A DNA stretch of 30,796 nucleotides, from IMG/VR virus record IMGVR_UViG_3300043429_001389, positions 1 to 30,796 of that record; one strand, given 5' to 3'. Under the pieces are notes generated by a model that was given only the letters and a program-made list of their open reading frames with translations, was not told where the DNA came from and did not search any database. The DNA comes from a virus (Duplodnaviria > Caudoviricetes). Made by a program: the position numbers and the translations under genes. Shown piece after piece: positions 9,588 through 19,339 of this stretch (positions within the stretch are counted from its first letter, which is position 1; every line of letters begins with the position of its first letter).

Positions 9588-12500
9588 CGTGCGGTCCCTG
9601 CGGAGTCAGCGAGTTGACGAAGGACGGATTCGAGGTTCGCGGCCGAGGCCGCATCGGCGACTCGAACCTGCGACGTGCGCCCCGCGATATTGATGTTCAC
9701 GATCTGCCCGGCCGGCGCGGCGGGGGCATTGCCCGTCGCAGCGGGCGTCTGCGTCTTGCGCTTCGCATCCCGATCCGCCTGCTCGACCTGGCCCACTGCG
9801 CGGTCGAGAATCTGACGCAGCGACAGCACGCGCGACTCCATGTCGGCCATGCCGGCGAGCGACACCGCCGTCGAGTTCTGCTGCGAGATCGCGAGGTTCT
9901 GCTCGGCCGCCGCGAGCGCGGCGCGGATCTGCGGGAGATCCTGGGCAGTGAACTGGTCCCCGCGCGCGGCGCGATCTTGGATCGTGAACGGCAGCGTCGA
10001 GTCGACCGGCCCCGTCTGCCCGGCCAGCCGCTGACGCTGCTCGTCGGTGCGACCGTCAGCGCCGCGAACAGTCGAGGTCATCTTGTTCGACGCGTCGGCC
10101 TCGCGCTGCGCCGCGTCGGCGTTGCGGCTGCGCGCCGCCGCCTCACGATCGATGCTGCTCGTCAGGTCATCGCGCGCCCTCGCGTTCTCGCCGAGCGCCT
10201 CGGTGCTACGCTTCGTGTCGTCGAACTCGCCCTTGAGATCCTCGCGACGCGCTCGGATCCGCGCAAGCTCTTCCTCGCGCGACTTAATCGTGACGCCGAT
10301 GATCTCGGCTTCCTTCGACTTGATCTCGGCGAGCTTGATCTGCGTGTCGAGTTCGATGCGCTTGGCTTCGGTCAGCGCCCCGCGACTCTCCAGTTCCGCA
10401 CGCTGCGCCTTCGCGAGTTCGATCGAACCCTGCGCTTCGATACGCATCGCCTCGGCCTTCAGCTTGTCGATGGCGATCTCGATTTCCTTCTGCCGGATCA
10501 GTGCGATGCGAAGGCTATTCTCCAGCCCGAGCCGACGCGCACGCTCCTCGTCCGACTTGGCCTGCTGCAATTGCAGTTGCAGTGCCGCGACCGCGATGGA
10601 GTTGTCGGCGATCTTCGATCGCGTGACCGCGTTGACCTTTTCGGTCTGATCGCGCAGCGCGTCGTTGTAGCGCGCCGCAGCGACTGCCGCCTGCTCCTGT
10701 GCCTTGCGGAAGTCGTCCTGCGTAGCGGCGCCGAGCGCGAGCGCGGTCTGCGTGGCAGCAACCACGCGGTTCGCCTGCTCCAGCTTCGCGCGGAACTCTT
10801 CCACGCGACCCGCGTTGTCCTCGAACGCGAGCTTGCTCTTCTCCAAGGCGAGCCGCAGGGTCGTGTAACCGTCGGCCTGCGCGCGAGTCGCCTGCGCGTC
10901 GGCGGTGGCCTTCGCGAGCTTCTGCTCCAGGGCGTCGAGGTTCTGCTTGGCACGCTCCGCGAGCGTGCCCTCTTCGAGCGCGAGTTGGCGCGTCGCCTCA
11001 AGCTGCGCGGCCAGGATCCCGGCGTACGCTTCCCGCGCCTTGGCTTCCGCCTCGGTGGACGCCCGCAGGAGGTCGTTCGACTGGATCTGCGCACCGATCA
11101 GTTCGACCTCGTTCCCCTGGATCTTCGCGAGGTCGACGATCTGCGCAGCTTGTGCCTCGACGGCCTTGGTCGCCTTGCCACGAACGACGACTTCGTTCTC
11201 GGCGGCGGTCGCCAGCGTGCCCATCTGCACGCCGAGTGCGACGATCCGCGAGCCGAGGTTCTGCGTCGTGTCCCCTGCGATCTGCTGCGCCTTCGACACT
11301 GCCGTCTGAGCAGCCTCGTATCCGAGCGCGATCGCAGCAGTCTCGACGTACTTTGCGCTCAGGGCAGCGACTTCGACGCCGGCAGCAGTGGCTTTCGCGC
11401 CGGCCTGCTCCGTGGCATTGCCCGCCGCGATAAGGCGCTGCGCCGCCTCGCCTGTCGGTTCGAGCAGTGCTTCGAGGGAGTCGCGCATCGTCTGAATCCG
11501 CGCGTCCGACTTCTCGACTTCCTCCGTGAAGAATTCGAGTGCTTCGGTGCCCTTCCCGCCCAGCGCAAGGAAGGCCGCAGCCGCCGCCTTGCCGACGAGG
11601 AAGAACCGCTCGGCGAGCGTTGCCAGTGCGATTGCGACCGTTCCGACGGCGCCGCCGAGTAGCTTGATCGCGCTGGTGAGGACCGTGATAAATCCCGCCT
11701 CACCGATCGACTGAGCGACGATCGTCAGGGTCGTCTTGAACCTGTTCCACGACGCTTGAATGCCGTCCGTCTCGGCGGTCAGCGTCTGCAAGCCCTTCGT
11801 GAAGGCCGGGAAGAAGTCACGCGCGGCTAGGTTCCCCGACTCGACGAGCTTGATCAGTTCGGCGTCGGTGATGTTCAGCCCTTTCGCCGTCAGCGTCAGG
11901 GCACCAGGCAGGGAGTCGCCGAGTTGCTGGCGAAGCTCCTCCATCGAAACCACGCCCTTCGAAGCGATCTGCCCGAGCGCATCGATAGCGAGCGTTGCGC
12001 GCTGTGACGAAAGTCCCAGCGTGGCCGACGCCTGCGCGACGGCCTTGAACAGCGCATTCGACTGCGCAAGCGGAATGTTCGACGACTGCGTCGCGGCGTT
12101 GAACCGCACGAACGAATCGCTGATCTCCCCGATCGCGAGGCCGGTGCTTGCGGCGGTGGCGCGCAGGAACGCGATCTGCTGGCTCGCGATCTCCGACGAC
12201 TTGTAGACCGCCGACAGACCGCGCGTCATCGTCTCCGCTTGGACGTTGACGACGATGAACTGGCGACCCAACTCCTTAACGCGCTCGACCAGCGCACCGA
12301 CGGCGTCTGCGACGAGGTTGCCGGCTGCGATCTGCCCGATGGAGTTTCGGAACAGGTTCGCCGCCTTGTCGGTCAGCGTCAGTTCGTTCCGGACGCCGCG
12401 AAGGTCACGCTCCAGTTCGGCGATGCGCGCCTTGCCGGCGGACATCGCGCTCGCGAGCGCGCTACCCGTCTGCCCAGACTCGTCCTGCACCCGCTGCATG

Positions 12501-13573
12501 GCGGCGCGGACTTGCAGGATCTCAGCTTCGAGTTCCTTGACGCTGCGCACCCCGAGCGTGCCGAAGGCTTCGTCGAGGCCGCGCGCGGCGTCGCGGGCCT
12601 TCGCTTCGAGGAGCTTGGTCGCGTCCGTCGCTTCCTGGGCGGCCTTCTTCTCCGCGTCGGCGCGGATCGCGGCCTCGCGCTTGACCGCCGCGCTGATGTC
12701 CTGTTCGATGGCAATCCGCTCGTCGGCCGCCTTCTTGCGCAGAGCAAGCTGGGCGGCCTCTTGGATCGCTGCGAGGCGCGACTCCTCCGCTGCCTCGGCC
12801 TGGGCACGACGGGCCGCTTCCAGGGCGTCCTGAGCGGCCAGGGCGGCCTTGCCGGTGCCGTTGAGGGCGGCGATCACCTGGGCCTGTGCGGCGGCGAGGT
12901 TGTCGGCCGCCAGCCCGAGCGCGTTGACCGACTGGGCGGACGCGGCGAGGATCTGCTCCTGCTCGGTCAGCGCCTTGGTCTGATCGTTGACCGAGCGCAC
13001 GCTGCGCTCGTAGGTCTTCTGTAGCTTCGCCTGCGCGGCCTCGGCTGCTTTGAGCGCAGCCGTCTCGTCTGCGAGGGCGTTCTTCGCCTGCTCGACGGCG
13101 GCTTTCTGCGCGACCTTCTCGCGCGTCAGCCGCTCCATCTCCTGCCGGAAGTTCGCCGCGCGCTCGCCGTTCGAGTCGTAGGTCTTGCCGAGGATCTCAA
13201 TCTGCCCGCGCAGATCGGCCAGGCCAGCCTTCGCCTCGGTGTATGCGGTGGCCGCGTTCGCCTGTCGCGTCGCGGCCTCTTGCGTCGCCTGCGCGAGCGC
13301 GTCGAGGTTCGCGCGCAGCGCCGTCGACTGCTCCGCAGCGGCGGCCTGCGCGACGCGAAGCTCGTCCACGCGCGCGGAGAGCGACTCGAAGTTGCGCAGC
13401 GCATCCGCCTGCTGCCCGAGGCGACCGATCTCCTCGGCCAGTTGCTGGAATTCCGGCGCGGCTTCGCCAGCCTCGTTCCCGAGCGCGAGAACGCGCTGCT
13501 GGAGTTGCTGGATTTCTTCCGACCCGAGCGTCTCCACGCTCAGGGTCATTTTCACGTCGCGCTGATTCGCCAT
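9584..13573 (-). CDS. Tape measure protein (1329 aa)
   Basis: Longest ORF, Ala/Gln/Glu-rich and helical, with the tape-measure core ALGQIASKGVVSMEELRQQLGDSLPGA. Located after the major tail gene. Confidence 0.92.
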   Translation of the reverse strand: MANQRDVKMTLSVETLGSEEIQQLQQRVLALGNEAGEAAPEFQQLAEEIGRLGQQADALRNFESLSARVDELRVAQAAAAEQSTALRANLDALAQATQEAATRQANAATAYTEAKAGLADLRGQIEILGKTYDSNGERAANFRQEMERLTREKVAQKAAVEQAKNALADETAALKAAEAAQAKLQKTYERSVRSVNDQTKALTEQEQILAASAQSVNALGLAADNLAAAQAQVIAALNGTGKAALAAQDALEAARRAQAEAAEESRLAAIQEAAQLALRKKAADERIAIEQDISAAVKREAAIRADAEKKAAQEATDATKLLEAKARDAARGLDEAFGTLGVRSVKELEAEILQVRAAMQRVQDESGQTGSALASAMSAGKARIAELERDLRGVRNELTLTDKAANLFRNSIGQIAAGNLVADAVGALVERVKELGRQFIVVNVQAETMTRGLSAVYKSSEIASQQIAFLRATAASTGLAIGEISDSFVRFNAATQSSNIPLAQSNALFKAVAQASATLGLSSQRATLAIDALGQIASKGVVSMEELRQQLGDSLPGALTLTAKGLNITDAELIKLVESGNLAARDFFPAFTKGLQTLTAETDGIQASWNRFKTTLTIVAQSIGEAGFITVLTSAIKLLGGAVGTVAIALATLAERFFLVGKAAAAAFLALGGKGTEALEFFTEEVEKSDARIQTMRDSLEALLEPTGEAAQRLIAAGNATEQAGAKATAAGVEVAALSAKYVETAAIALGYEAAQTAVSKAQQIAGDTTQNLGSRIVALGVQMGTLATAAENEVVVRGKATKAVEAQAAQIVDLAKIQGNEVELIGAQIQSNDLLRASTEAEAKAREAYAGILAAQLEATRQLALEEGTLAERAKQNLDALEQKLAKATADAQATRAQADGYTTLRLALEKSKLAFEDNAGRVEEFRAKLEQANRVVAATQTALALGAATQDDFRKAQEQAAVAAARYNDALRDQTEKVNAVTRSKIADNSIAVAALQLQLQQAKSDEERARRLGLENSLRIALIRQKEIEIAIDKLKAEAMRIEAQGSIELAKAQRAELESRGALTEAKRIELDTQIKLAEIKSKEAEIIGVTIKSREEELARIRARREDLKGEFDDTKRSTEALGENARARDDLTSSIDREAAARSRNADAAQREADASNKMTSTVRGADGRTDEQRQRLAGQTGPVDSTLPFTIQDRAARGDQFTAQDLPQIRAALAAAEQNLAISQQNSTAVSLAGMADMESRVLSLRQILDRAVGQVEQADRDAKRKTQTPAATGNAPAAPAGQIVNINIAGRTSQVRVADAASAANLESVLRQLADSAGTAR

Positions 13574-13585
13574 TCGTCGGCTCCG

Positions 13586-13626
13586 AAAATAAAAAACCCG
13601 CCAGCGTCAGACCGACGTGGCGGGTT
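13586..13626 (-). terminator. Rho-independent terminator between the major tail and tape measure genes
   Basis: Minus strand AACCCGCCA-CGTC-ggtct-GACG-c-TGGCGGGTT followed by TTTTATTTT. A second hairpin (CGGGCG...CGCCCG, ~13634-13652) lies just upstream. Confidence 0.8.
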
Positions 13627-13664
13627 CGGGTCGCGGGCGCAGACCCCGCCCGAGAGACGAATCG

Positions 13665-14420
13665 TCAGCCGACGCTGGTCATCTGCACGACGGAAGCCGG
13701 CTCGGTGAACCCGGTCGGCGTCTTCATCCGACCCGGCAGCGAGATCGACGCGAAGTTGTCTTGCAGGAAGTCGAACGCGCTGTCGGCGGCGATGATCGCC
13801 TCGTACACCGTGACGCGGTACGGGAGGTCATCGGCAAAGTTCTTGCCGACCAGCAGGAATCGCGCACGAAGTTGCGGCGAGGTCATCGCCTTGATCTCGT
13901 TGCCGGTGGTGGCCTGGTAGCTGCCGGAAACCTTGATGACCTCGTTCACGGTCACCCGCGTCGAACCGGGCAGCACCTTGATCCAGCCCAGTTGCTTGTC
14001 GACGATGAAGTCCTCGCCCTCGACCAGCGACGTGTTCGTCGAATCCTGGGCGGTGATCGTCGCGAAGAACGCCTTCGACAGGGGATACCAGCGGTCGAAG
14101 GCCGCGATGGTCACGTTCTCGTTGGTGATCGTGCCGGCGGTCTGCGACACGGCGGCGGTGGTGCCCAGCAGCGCGATGGCGAGGGACTCCTTGTTGACCT
14201 CGGGGAGGTCGACGGTGAGGTCCGCCGGTTGGGGGATGGTGACCGATTCGATCACCTGGCCGTACGTGCTGCGCCCCTTCGAGGTCATCTCGACGAGGTT
14301 CACGTTGGGCTTGATTTCGAATTTCGAGCACTCGTACGGACCTTCGTACGGGAGCGGCGCACCGTTGACGAAGCGGGCGATGTACAGGTCGCCGGAACCG
14401 AGAAAACCGCGAGCAGCCAT
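13665..14420 (-). CDS. Major tail (tube) protein (251 aa)
   Basis: N-terminal GFLGSGDLYI, strong SD (AGGAG at ~14430-14434), its own promoter and terminator, and position before the tape measure gene. Confidence 0.8.
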   Translation of the reverse strand: MAARGFLGSGDLYIARFVNGAPLPYEGPYECSKFEIKPNVNLVEMTSKGRSTYGQVIESVTIPQPADLTVDLPEVNKESLAIALLGTTAAVSQTAGTITNENVTIAAFDRWYPLSKAFFATITAQDSTNTSLVEGEDFIVDKQLGWIKVLPGSTRVTVNEVIKVSGSYQATTGNEIKAMTSPQLRARFLLVGKNFADDLPYRVTVYEAIIAADSAFDFLQDNFASISLPGRMKTPTGFTEPASVVQMTSVG

Positions 14421-14477
14421 TTGAAGATTCTCCTAAGAGCGCCGAAGGTCGAACATCGAAGCTCGACGGATGCGGCG

Positions 14478-14519
14478 ATTTTGCCCCACAAAAGTTGGGC
14501 GCGAATGCGGCGAAATTTC
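14478..14519 (-). promoter_or_regulatory. Putative activator-dependent late promoter for the major tail gene
   Basis: Minus strand GAAATTTCGCCGCA (14519-14506), 22 bp, then CAAAAT (14483-14478), in an intergenic gap. Confidence 0.65.
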
Positions 14520-14526
14520 TGCCGAA

Positions 14527-14991
14527 TTAGGGGTTCGCGAGATCCTCGGCGAACGAGACTCGGATCGCGATACGAGCCTGCACCAGGGCGGCGCCATCGG
14601 GCCGAGGGCCGATGTCCTTTCCTAAGTACTCGACCTCCGCGACGGTGCCTCCGAGCGTTCGTCCGCCCGTGAACATCGCGCGCTTCATGTCGCGGATCAT
14701 CTTGTGAGCTTGCGTGTTCGGGTTGTCCGGATCGCACACGTCGAACGCGTCGATCACGTACATCTGCGTCGCCTTGATCTGCGCGGTCTGCGTCCTGCCG
14801 GCGGTGTCGACGACCTCGTCGCCGCCCTCGACAAGCTGCACGCACGGCGGCTCGTCGTCGGCGGGAATGCGGCGCCGGCCGCGCTGCACGTCACGGCCGA
14901 TGTCCGTCTCGCAGCCGTTCGAGATCCGGATGCCTTCCAGGCGCCGCGCGATCTCGTTGGCGATGTCTTCACTCTTCACGAACACGGTCAT
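14527..14991 (-). CDS. Tail terminator/completion protein (154 aa)
   Basis: Position just before the major tail gene, size, and I...NG..TDIG..V.RGR motif. Confidence 0.6.
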   Translation of the reverse strand: MTVFVKSEDIANEIARRLEGIRISNGCETDIGRDVQRGRRRIPADDEPPCVQLVEGGDEVVDTAGRTQTAQIKATQMYVIDAFDVCDPDNPNTQAHKMIRDMKRAMFTGGRTLGGTVAEVEYLGKDIGPRPDGAALVQARIAIRVSFAEDLANP

Positions 14992-15725
14992 CGCATCAGA
15001 TCCTCGAACGTGCGGCTCGCCTCTTCGAGGACCGCGTCACGCAGTTCGCCCGAGACGCGATCTTCGATTCGCCCGGCCGCCACGCGAAATAGTTGATAGA
15101 CGGACGGGCCGTAAAGCGCCTGGACGCCCTGTCGTGGCGTCTTGCGCTTCTCGCCCTCCTTCAGCCGGCCAGGCGCGCCGGTCCCCTCGAAGACGACGGG
15201 GCTACCGTCCGACGTATGCACGATGCCGGGGATCGTGAAGGCCCGCCGGATCGGCTTCGCATTGCCGCGCCGCACCTCGACTCGGATACCCGCCGCCTTC
15301 TCGCCCGGCCCGATGCGGCGAGCGGGGTCGCCCCTGCGTGGCTCCCACAGCGGCCACGGGCCGACCGCGATGCCACGTTCCGCGCCGTCCGACTCACTCC
15401 ACCTGGCGGTCTTGGACAGTTGCAGCGCCCCGTAGTGCCCGAGGCCCGTGATGTCCACGCGCGCCCCGCTCGCGATGATCTCGGCGGTGGGGCGTGCCTT
15501 CGTCGCCTCCCGCAACTCCATCCTGCGTCGGATGTAGCTGTCGGTGAGGTTCATGTCGGCGGTGATCGTGTCCCGCGACAGTTCGTACGCCGATTTCGCG
15601 ACTTCGTTGACGGTGTCGACGAGCCGCTCGCCGAGGGACTCGCTGCTGATCTCGCCCAGGCGCTGCGCAAGCTCGTTGACCGCTGTCGCGTCGACCTTGA
15701 TGGCGAACAGATTGCGACGGGCCAC
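14988..15725 (-). CDS. Neck/minor tail protein, lambda gpZ-like (245 aa)
   Basis: Basic protein with C-terminal ALYGPSVYQLF motif as in gpZ-like proteins, at the syntenic position. Confidence 0.6.
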   Translation of the reverse strand: MARRNLFAIKVDATAVNELAQRLGEISSESLGERLVDTVNEVAKSAYELSRDTITADMNLTDSYIRRRMELREATKARPTAEIIASGARVDITGLGHYGALQLSKTARWSESDGAERGIAVGPWPLWEPRRGDPARRIGPGEKAAGIRVEVRRGNAKPIRRAFTIPGIVHTSDGSPVVFEGTGAPGRLKEGEKRKTPRQGVQALYGPSVYQLFRVAAGRIEDRVSGELRDAVLEEASRTFEDLMR

Positions 15726-15726
15726 G

Positions 15727-16035
15727 TCAGACCTTGAGCAGGACGAAGCGGCGGAACGCTCCCGCGTCTTCGAGCAGCATGTCGAGCCGGTAGATACGAT
15801 CGCCGACCGTCAGCGCGTCGCCGATCTTCGGGTTGTACTCCGACGAGATGGTCGCGACGGACCGAATGCTCGACAGGTTGCGCGACTCGCGCACGGCTTC
15901 GAAGTTGGTGTCGAGGCCCGTCAGTTGCAGACCGTCCTCGACGTTGACCACGCACGGCACCGACCCACGCAGAAGAGCGCCCTCGCCTAGTGCAGCGAGG
16001 GCGCTCTCTGTTGCTCGACGGAAGATGTCGAGCAT
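15727..16035 (-). CDS. Head-tail joining protein (gpFII-like, 102 aa)
   Basis: Follows the capsid gene. Contains the P.IGD.L.VG...Y.LD beta-strand pattern. Confidence 0.55.
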   Translation of the reverse strand: MLDIFRRATESALAALGEGALLRGSVPCVVNVEDGLQLTGLDTNFEAVRESRNLSSIRSVATISSEYNPKIGDALTVGDRIYRLDMLLEDAGAFRRFVLLKV

Positions 16036-16041
16036 CGCCGC

Positions 16042-17040
16042 TTACGACGCGGTCAGCTTGATGACCGACTCGGGACGCGTGCAGAGGGTGATGGGGTTCG
16101 ACTGGGACTCCAGTTCGACGCCCTTGTTCATCCGCATCATCTCCTGCTTCGCGTAGTACGGCAGGCCGGTGGTGTTCACCGTCTCCATGTAGTCGGCCGG
16201 CGCGAAGTCGGTCGTGAACAGGCCCGGCACGCCCAGCGGGAAGGCGTACGCCTCGCCGGCCGGGATGAAGTCCATCGCACCGACGCCGCCGATGTACTCT
16301 TCGAACACCACGCCGCCCATCTCGAATGTCGTGCCCTGCTGGTCGCGGGCCAGGCTGTTCTGCTGGTAGAGTTCGAACGCCTTCGCGACGCTGGCGTGAG
16401 CGATCAGCGAGTCGAAGAACGTCTCCGAGCAGAAGACGTGGACGCGCTGGTACGACAGGCCACCGAGCGCGGCCTGCACGGCGCGCCGCAGAGCGATCAG
16501 CTTCGAGCGCACGGCGGTGGTGGCCGTCGACAGCGCGAAGTTCTGCGAGGCTTGCGTCATGCCGAAGGCGTCGTACACGTCCAGCAGTTGCGTCGTGCCG
16601 TCCGCGTCCATGACCTTGCCCTTGATCGCGCCGATCCGCTGGTACTCCAGGGTCAGGTCGAGTTGGGCCTTCATCTTCGCGAGCTTCTTGTTCACGACGG
16701 CCTGGACGGCTTCGACTTCCGTCTCGCTGCCGAAGGCACGCACGCCCTGCACCTCGTCCGCCAGCACCGAGCCGCGCTGCGGCAGATGCACGGCGTTGAC
16801 CGAGATCAGCGAGCGCGGCTTGAGCGTCACCGGCTCGCCCGAGGAACCGCGCGTCGCGGCCGGGACGAGCTTCAGCGACTGGCCGTCGCGTTCGATCATC
16901 ATGGAGGTGGTCGAGATGCCGCCCTCCTCGAACAGACCGAGTTCGCCGATGCGCGTCGGGACGCGCGGCAGATCGACGATGGTCCGCGTCAGGTTGCTGA
17001 CGGAGAACGCGTCGTCGTTGAAGATGTCGAGAGTTGCCAT
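16042..17040 (-). CDS. Major capsid protein, lambda gpE family (332 aa)
   Basis: DIFNDDAFS...LT..I...GLFEE.GI, EYQRIGAIKG and FAPADY.ETVNT.GLPYYAK...ESQSNP...CTRP motifs. Confidence 0.92.
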   Translation of the reverse strand: MATLDIFNDDAFSVSNLTRTIVDLPRVPTRIGELGLFEEGGISTTSMMIERDGQSLKLVPAATRGSSGEPVTLKPRSLISVNAVHLPQRGSVLADEVQGVRAFGSETEVEAVQAVVNKKLAKMKAQLDLTLEYQRIGAIKGKVMDADGTTQLLDVYDAFGMTQASQNFALSTATTAVRSKLIALRRAVQAALGGLSYQRVHVFCSETFFDSLIAHASVAKAFELYQQNSLARDQQGTTFEMGGVVFEEYIGGVGAMDFIPAGEAYAFPLGVPGLFTTDFAPADYMETVNTTGLPYYAKQEMMRMNKGVELESQSNPITLCTRPESVIKLTAS

Positions 17041-17067
17041 GCTGTTTGCTCCTTGTCGCGGGGGCGA

Positions 17068-17433
17068 TTACTTGGTCGTGGCCTTGCCGCGAACGCGGAT
17101 GCCCTTGGCGGCGAGGTCGGCCTCGCCGTTCGCGTTCAGCCCGGTCAGCGCGGCGCGGACGACCTCGCAGTCGCGGACGAACATCACCGCCTTCACGTCG
17201 CCGCTGCCGGCGGGCTGGGCGGTGTAGAGGATGCCGCTCGCGACTTCCGAGCCGTCGGTCCCCACGTCGTCGTACGGCACCCATTTGCCCGTCGCGGTCA
17301 GTTGCGACATGACGGTGCCCGACTTGATCGCCGTCGCACCGACGGTGACGGTGACCTCCTCGCGCGACAGGAAGCCGTTCGCCTCGGACAGCACGAACTC
17401 TTCGATGCGCGGGACTTGATTCAGACTGTTCAT
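17068..17433 (-). CDS. Head decoration protein (gpD/HDPD-like, 121 aa)
   Basis: EFVLSEANG..SRE...GTV...GKW.PYD....DGSE.A.GIL motif, located between the protease and capsid genes. Confidence 0.85.
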   Translation of the reverse strand: MNSLNQVPRIEEFVLSEANGFLSREEVTVTVGATAIKSGTVMSQLTATGKWVPYDDVGTDGSEVASGILYTAQPAGSGDVKAVMFVRDCEVVRAALTGLNANGEADLAAKGIRVRGKATTK

Positions 17434-18500
17434 TTCGAGGTTCCTTTGCTACGGACCTTGTGAGTGGCCCACATGGTGGCGGTGGTCGCCGGCTTGCCCG
17501 ACGCCGCAGCCGGCGCGGAGTTCGTGCTTCGAGGCGCGGAGTCCGTGTGCGTGCGCTCGTCCTCCCTCGCCATCGATTGGATGAGCATCTCGCGCACGTT
17601 CTGCACGCTCTTGCCGGCGCGGATCCAGGCGTCGGCCGAGTTCGGCTGCTTCGCGAGCGCGCACAGCGACCGGATCTCGCGGGCCGCCTCGACGCGGGCC
17701 GACACCTCGGTGACGTTGGCGCAGGCGAGCGCCCAGGTGGCGCCGTACTCAGGGAAGCCCGCCGAAGCGGCGGCCTCGACGATCTGCTCCGACATCAGCG
17801 GCTCGGGTTCCTGGCTCGCCTCGGGCGCCGGGGGCGGCTCCGCGCTCGCCTCGGGCGCGGGCGGCTCGGGCGCGGGCGGCTCGACCTTCGCACGGGCCGC
17901 AGCGAACACCGCCTTGACCGCCTCGGGCAGATCCGCCCGCGCCATGTCGAAGCTCGCCTGGATCAGCACGTCGTCGACCACCTCGGTCGCGAAGCCCTTC
18001 TCCAAGGCTTCGTCAGCGGTCAGCCAGGTGTCCTTCGCGAGCAGCGGGTCGAGTTCGTCCTCGGACATTCCGGTGCGGGTCGCGTAGGTCGCGCGCAAGC
18101 TCGCGCCGAATTTGTCGAGCGTGTCGGCAGTTTCTCGGAGCGCGTCCGCATTGCCGGCGGCGACGGTCCACGGGTTGTGGATCATCAGAAACGTGTTCTT
18201 CGGCATGACGATCCGATCGCCCGCCATCGCGATCAGCGACGCCGCGCTGGCCGCCACGCCCATGACCGTCACCACGACTTCTTTGCCGCTGGCACGGAGC
18301 GCGTTGTAGATCGACAGGCCGGCGAACATGTCGCCGCCGGGCGAGTTGATCTCGACGTTCAGCGTCTTCGCCTTCACGGCGCCCAGGTCGCGGACGAAGT
18401 CCTTCGCCTGGACACCCCAAAAGCCGATCTCGTCGAAGATCGACAGGGTGGCCGGCTTGTCGTCCGACGCGAGGTTGCTGAACTGAAAGCAGGGTCGCAT
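17430..18500 (-). CDS. ClpP-type head maturation protease with C-terminal scaffold-like region (356 aa)
   Basis: INSPGGD, GVAASAAS (catalytic Ser), LMIHNPW (His) and DTWLTADEALEKGFA, followed by a Pro/Glu linker and a helical C-terminal domain. Confidence 0.92.
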   Translation of the reverse strand: MRPCFQFSNLASDDKPATLSIFDEIGFWGVQAKDFVRDLGAVKAKTLNVEINSPGGDMFAGLSIYNALRASGKEVVVTVMGVAASAASLIAMAGDRIVMPKNTFLMIHNPWTVAAGNADALRETADTLDKFGASLRATYATRTGMSEDELDPLLAKDTWLTADEALEKGFATEVVDDVLIQASFDMARADLPEAVKAVFAAARAKVEPPAPEPPAPEASAEPPPAPEASQEPEPLMSEQIVEAAASAGFPEYGATWALACANVTEVSARVEAAREIRSLCALAKQPNSADAWIRAGKSVQNVREMLIQSMAREDERTHTDSAPRSTNSAPAAASGKPATTATMWATHKVRSKGTSK

Positions 18501-18526
18501 TTAGCGTTCCTTCGTTTGCAAGTGCG

Positions 18527-18568
18527 AATATATGCGAACCGTCTTTAGCGCAGTTGCGGCGAGATTTC
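18527..18568 (-). promoter_or_regulatory. Putative activator-dependent late promoter for the protease-capsid operon
   Basis: Minus strand GAAATCTCGCCGCA (18568-18555, within the last endolysin codons), 22 bp, then TATATT (18532-18527). SD AAGGAA precedes ATG 18500. Confidence 0.65.
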
Positions 18569-19069
18569 AGACGATTCCAGGCACTTAGCCCGGCGCTCGA
18601 CGTTGCGCTTCCACACCCCGGCGCAGATGCGATTGCCGGGCACGGAGCAGTCGTAGCCGCCGCTGAAGCGATAGAGGAGGTACGCCTCGCACGACTCGGC
18701 GTATCGACCCGCGTTGATGTGCCGGACCATCGAACTGCGGCACGTCGCAGGGGCACCGTACTGGTAGGCGAAGCTCACCAGCACGTCGTATTCGCCCTGC
18801 GTCATCGGCCCGGTCACGCACGCCTTCAGCCCGGCTTCGTCGCGCGCGATGTGCGCGGCGCTGCGAGCAACGGCCTTCGGCGGCGTGATCGTGTCACCCA
18901 TCTGCACGGGCGAGCCGTCGTCCCGGAACGTCGATCCAAACCCCACCGTTGGACGATCGTTCTTCGTCGGGACGACGGCTCTATCCGTGTAGCCCTCGTC
19001 TACCACGATGGCGACGAAGCCCGCCGCCGACAGCGACAGCGCCGCGATGACGAGCCGGGGCTTGTTCAC
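18545..19069 (-). CDS. Endolysin, GH24 lysozyme with probable N-terminal SAR anchor (174 aa)
   Basis: GTG start at 19069 overlaps the holin stop. KPR-LVIAALSLSAAGFVAIVV precedes the catalytic DEGY...PTVGFGST. Later motifs QGEYD.LVSF.YQYG and G...R..ER...C. Confidence 0.88.
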   Translation of the reverse strand: MNKPRLVIAALSLSAAGFVAIVVDEGYTDRAVVPTKNDRPTVGFGSTFRDDGSPVQMGDTITPPKAVARSAAHIARDEAGLKACVTGPMTQGEYDVLVSFAYQYGAPATCRSSMVRHINAGRYAESCEAYLLYRFSGGYDCSVPGNRICAGVWKRNVERRAKCLESSEISPQLR

Positions 19070-19335
19070 TGCATCATGCCCATGCGGTGTTCGTGTTCGA
19101 CCCGCTCGCGCTCGGCGGCTTCGCGCTTGAGGCGGATTTCCTCGTTCGTGAGCTTGTGCTTGTAGTACCAGTTCACGAAGAAACCGCCGACGCCGACGAT
19201 CATGCCGATCAGCACAGCGAACTCGGACGAGAGCATCCACCCGAAGATGGTCATGCTCGCGCCCGTGTAGGTCGCCTTGCTGCCCGCAGCGGATAGTGCT
19301 GTGTCGACAGCGTGCTGTTGTGCAGTCGAGTCCAC
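19066..19335 (-). CDS. Holin (class II-like, ~89 aa)
   Basis: GTG at 19335 with AGGAG 7 nt upstream. Hydrophobic segments end in FVNWYYK, followed by a charged tail. Directly upstream of the endolysin. Confidence 0.78.
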   Translation of the reverse strand: MDSTAQQHAVDTALSAAGSKATYTGASMTIFGWMLSSEFAVLIGMIVGVGGFFVNWYYKHKLTNEEIRLKREAAERERVEHEHRMGMMQ

Positions 19336-19339
19336 CACC

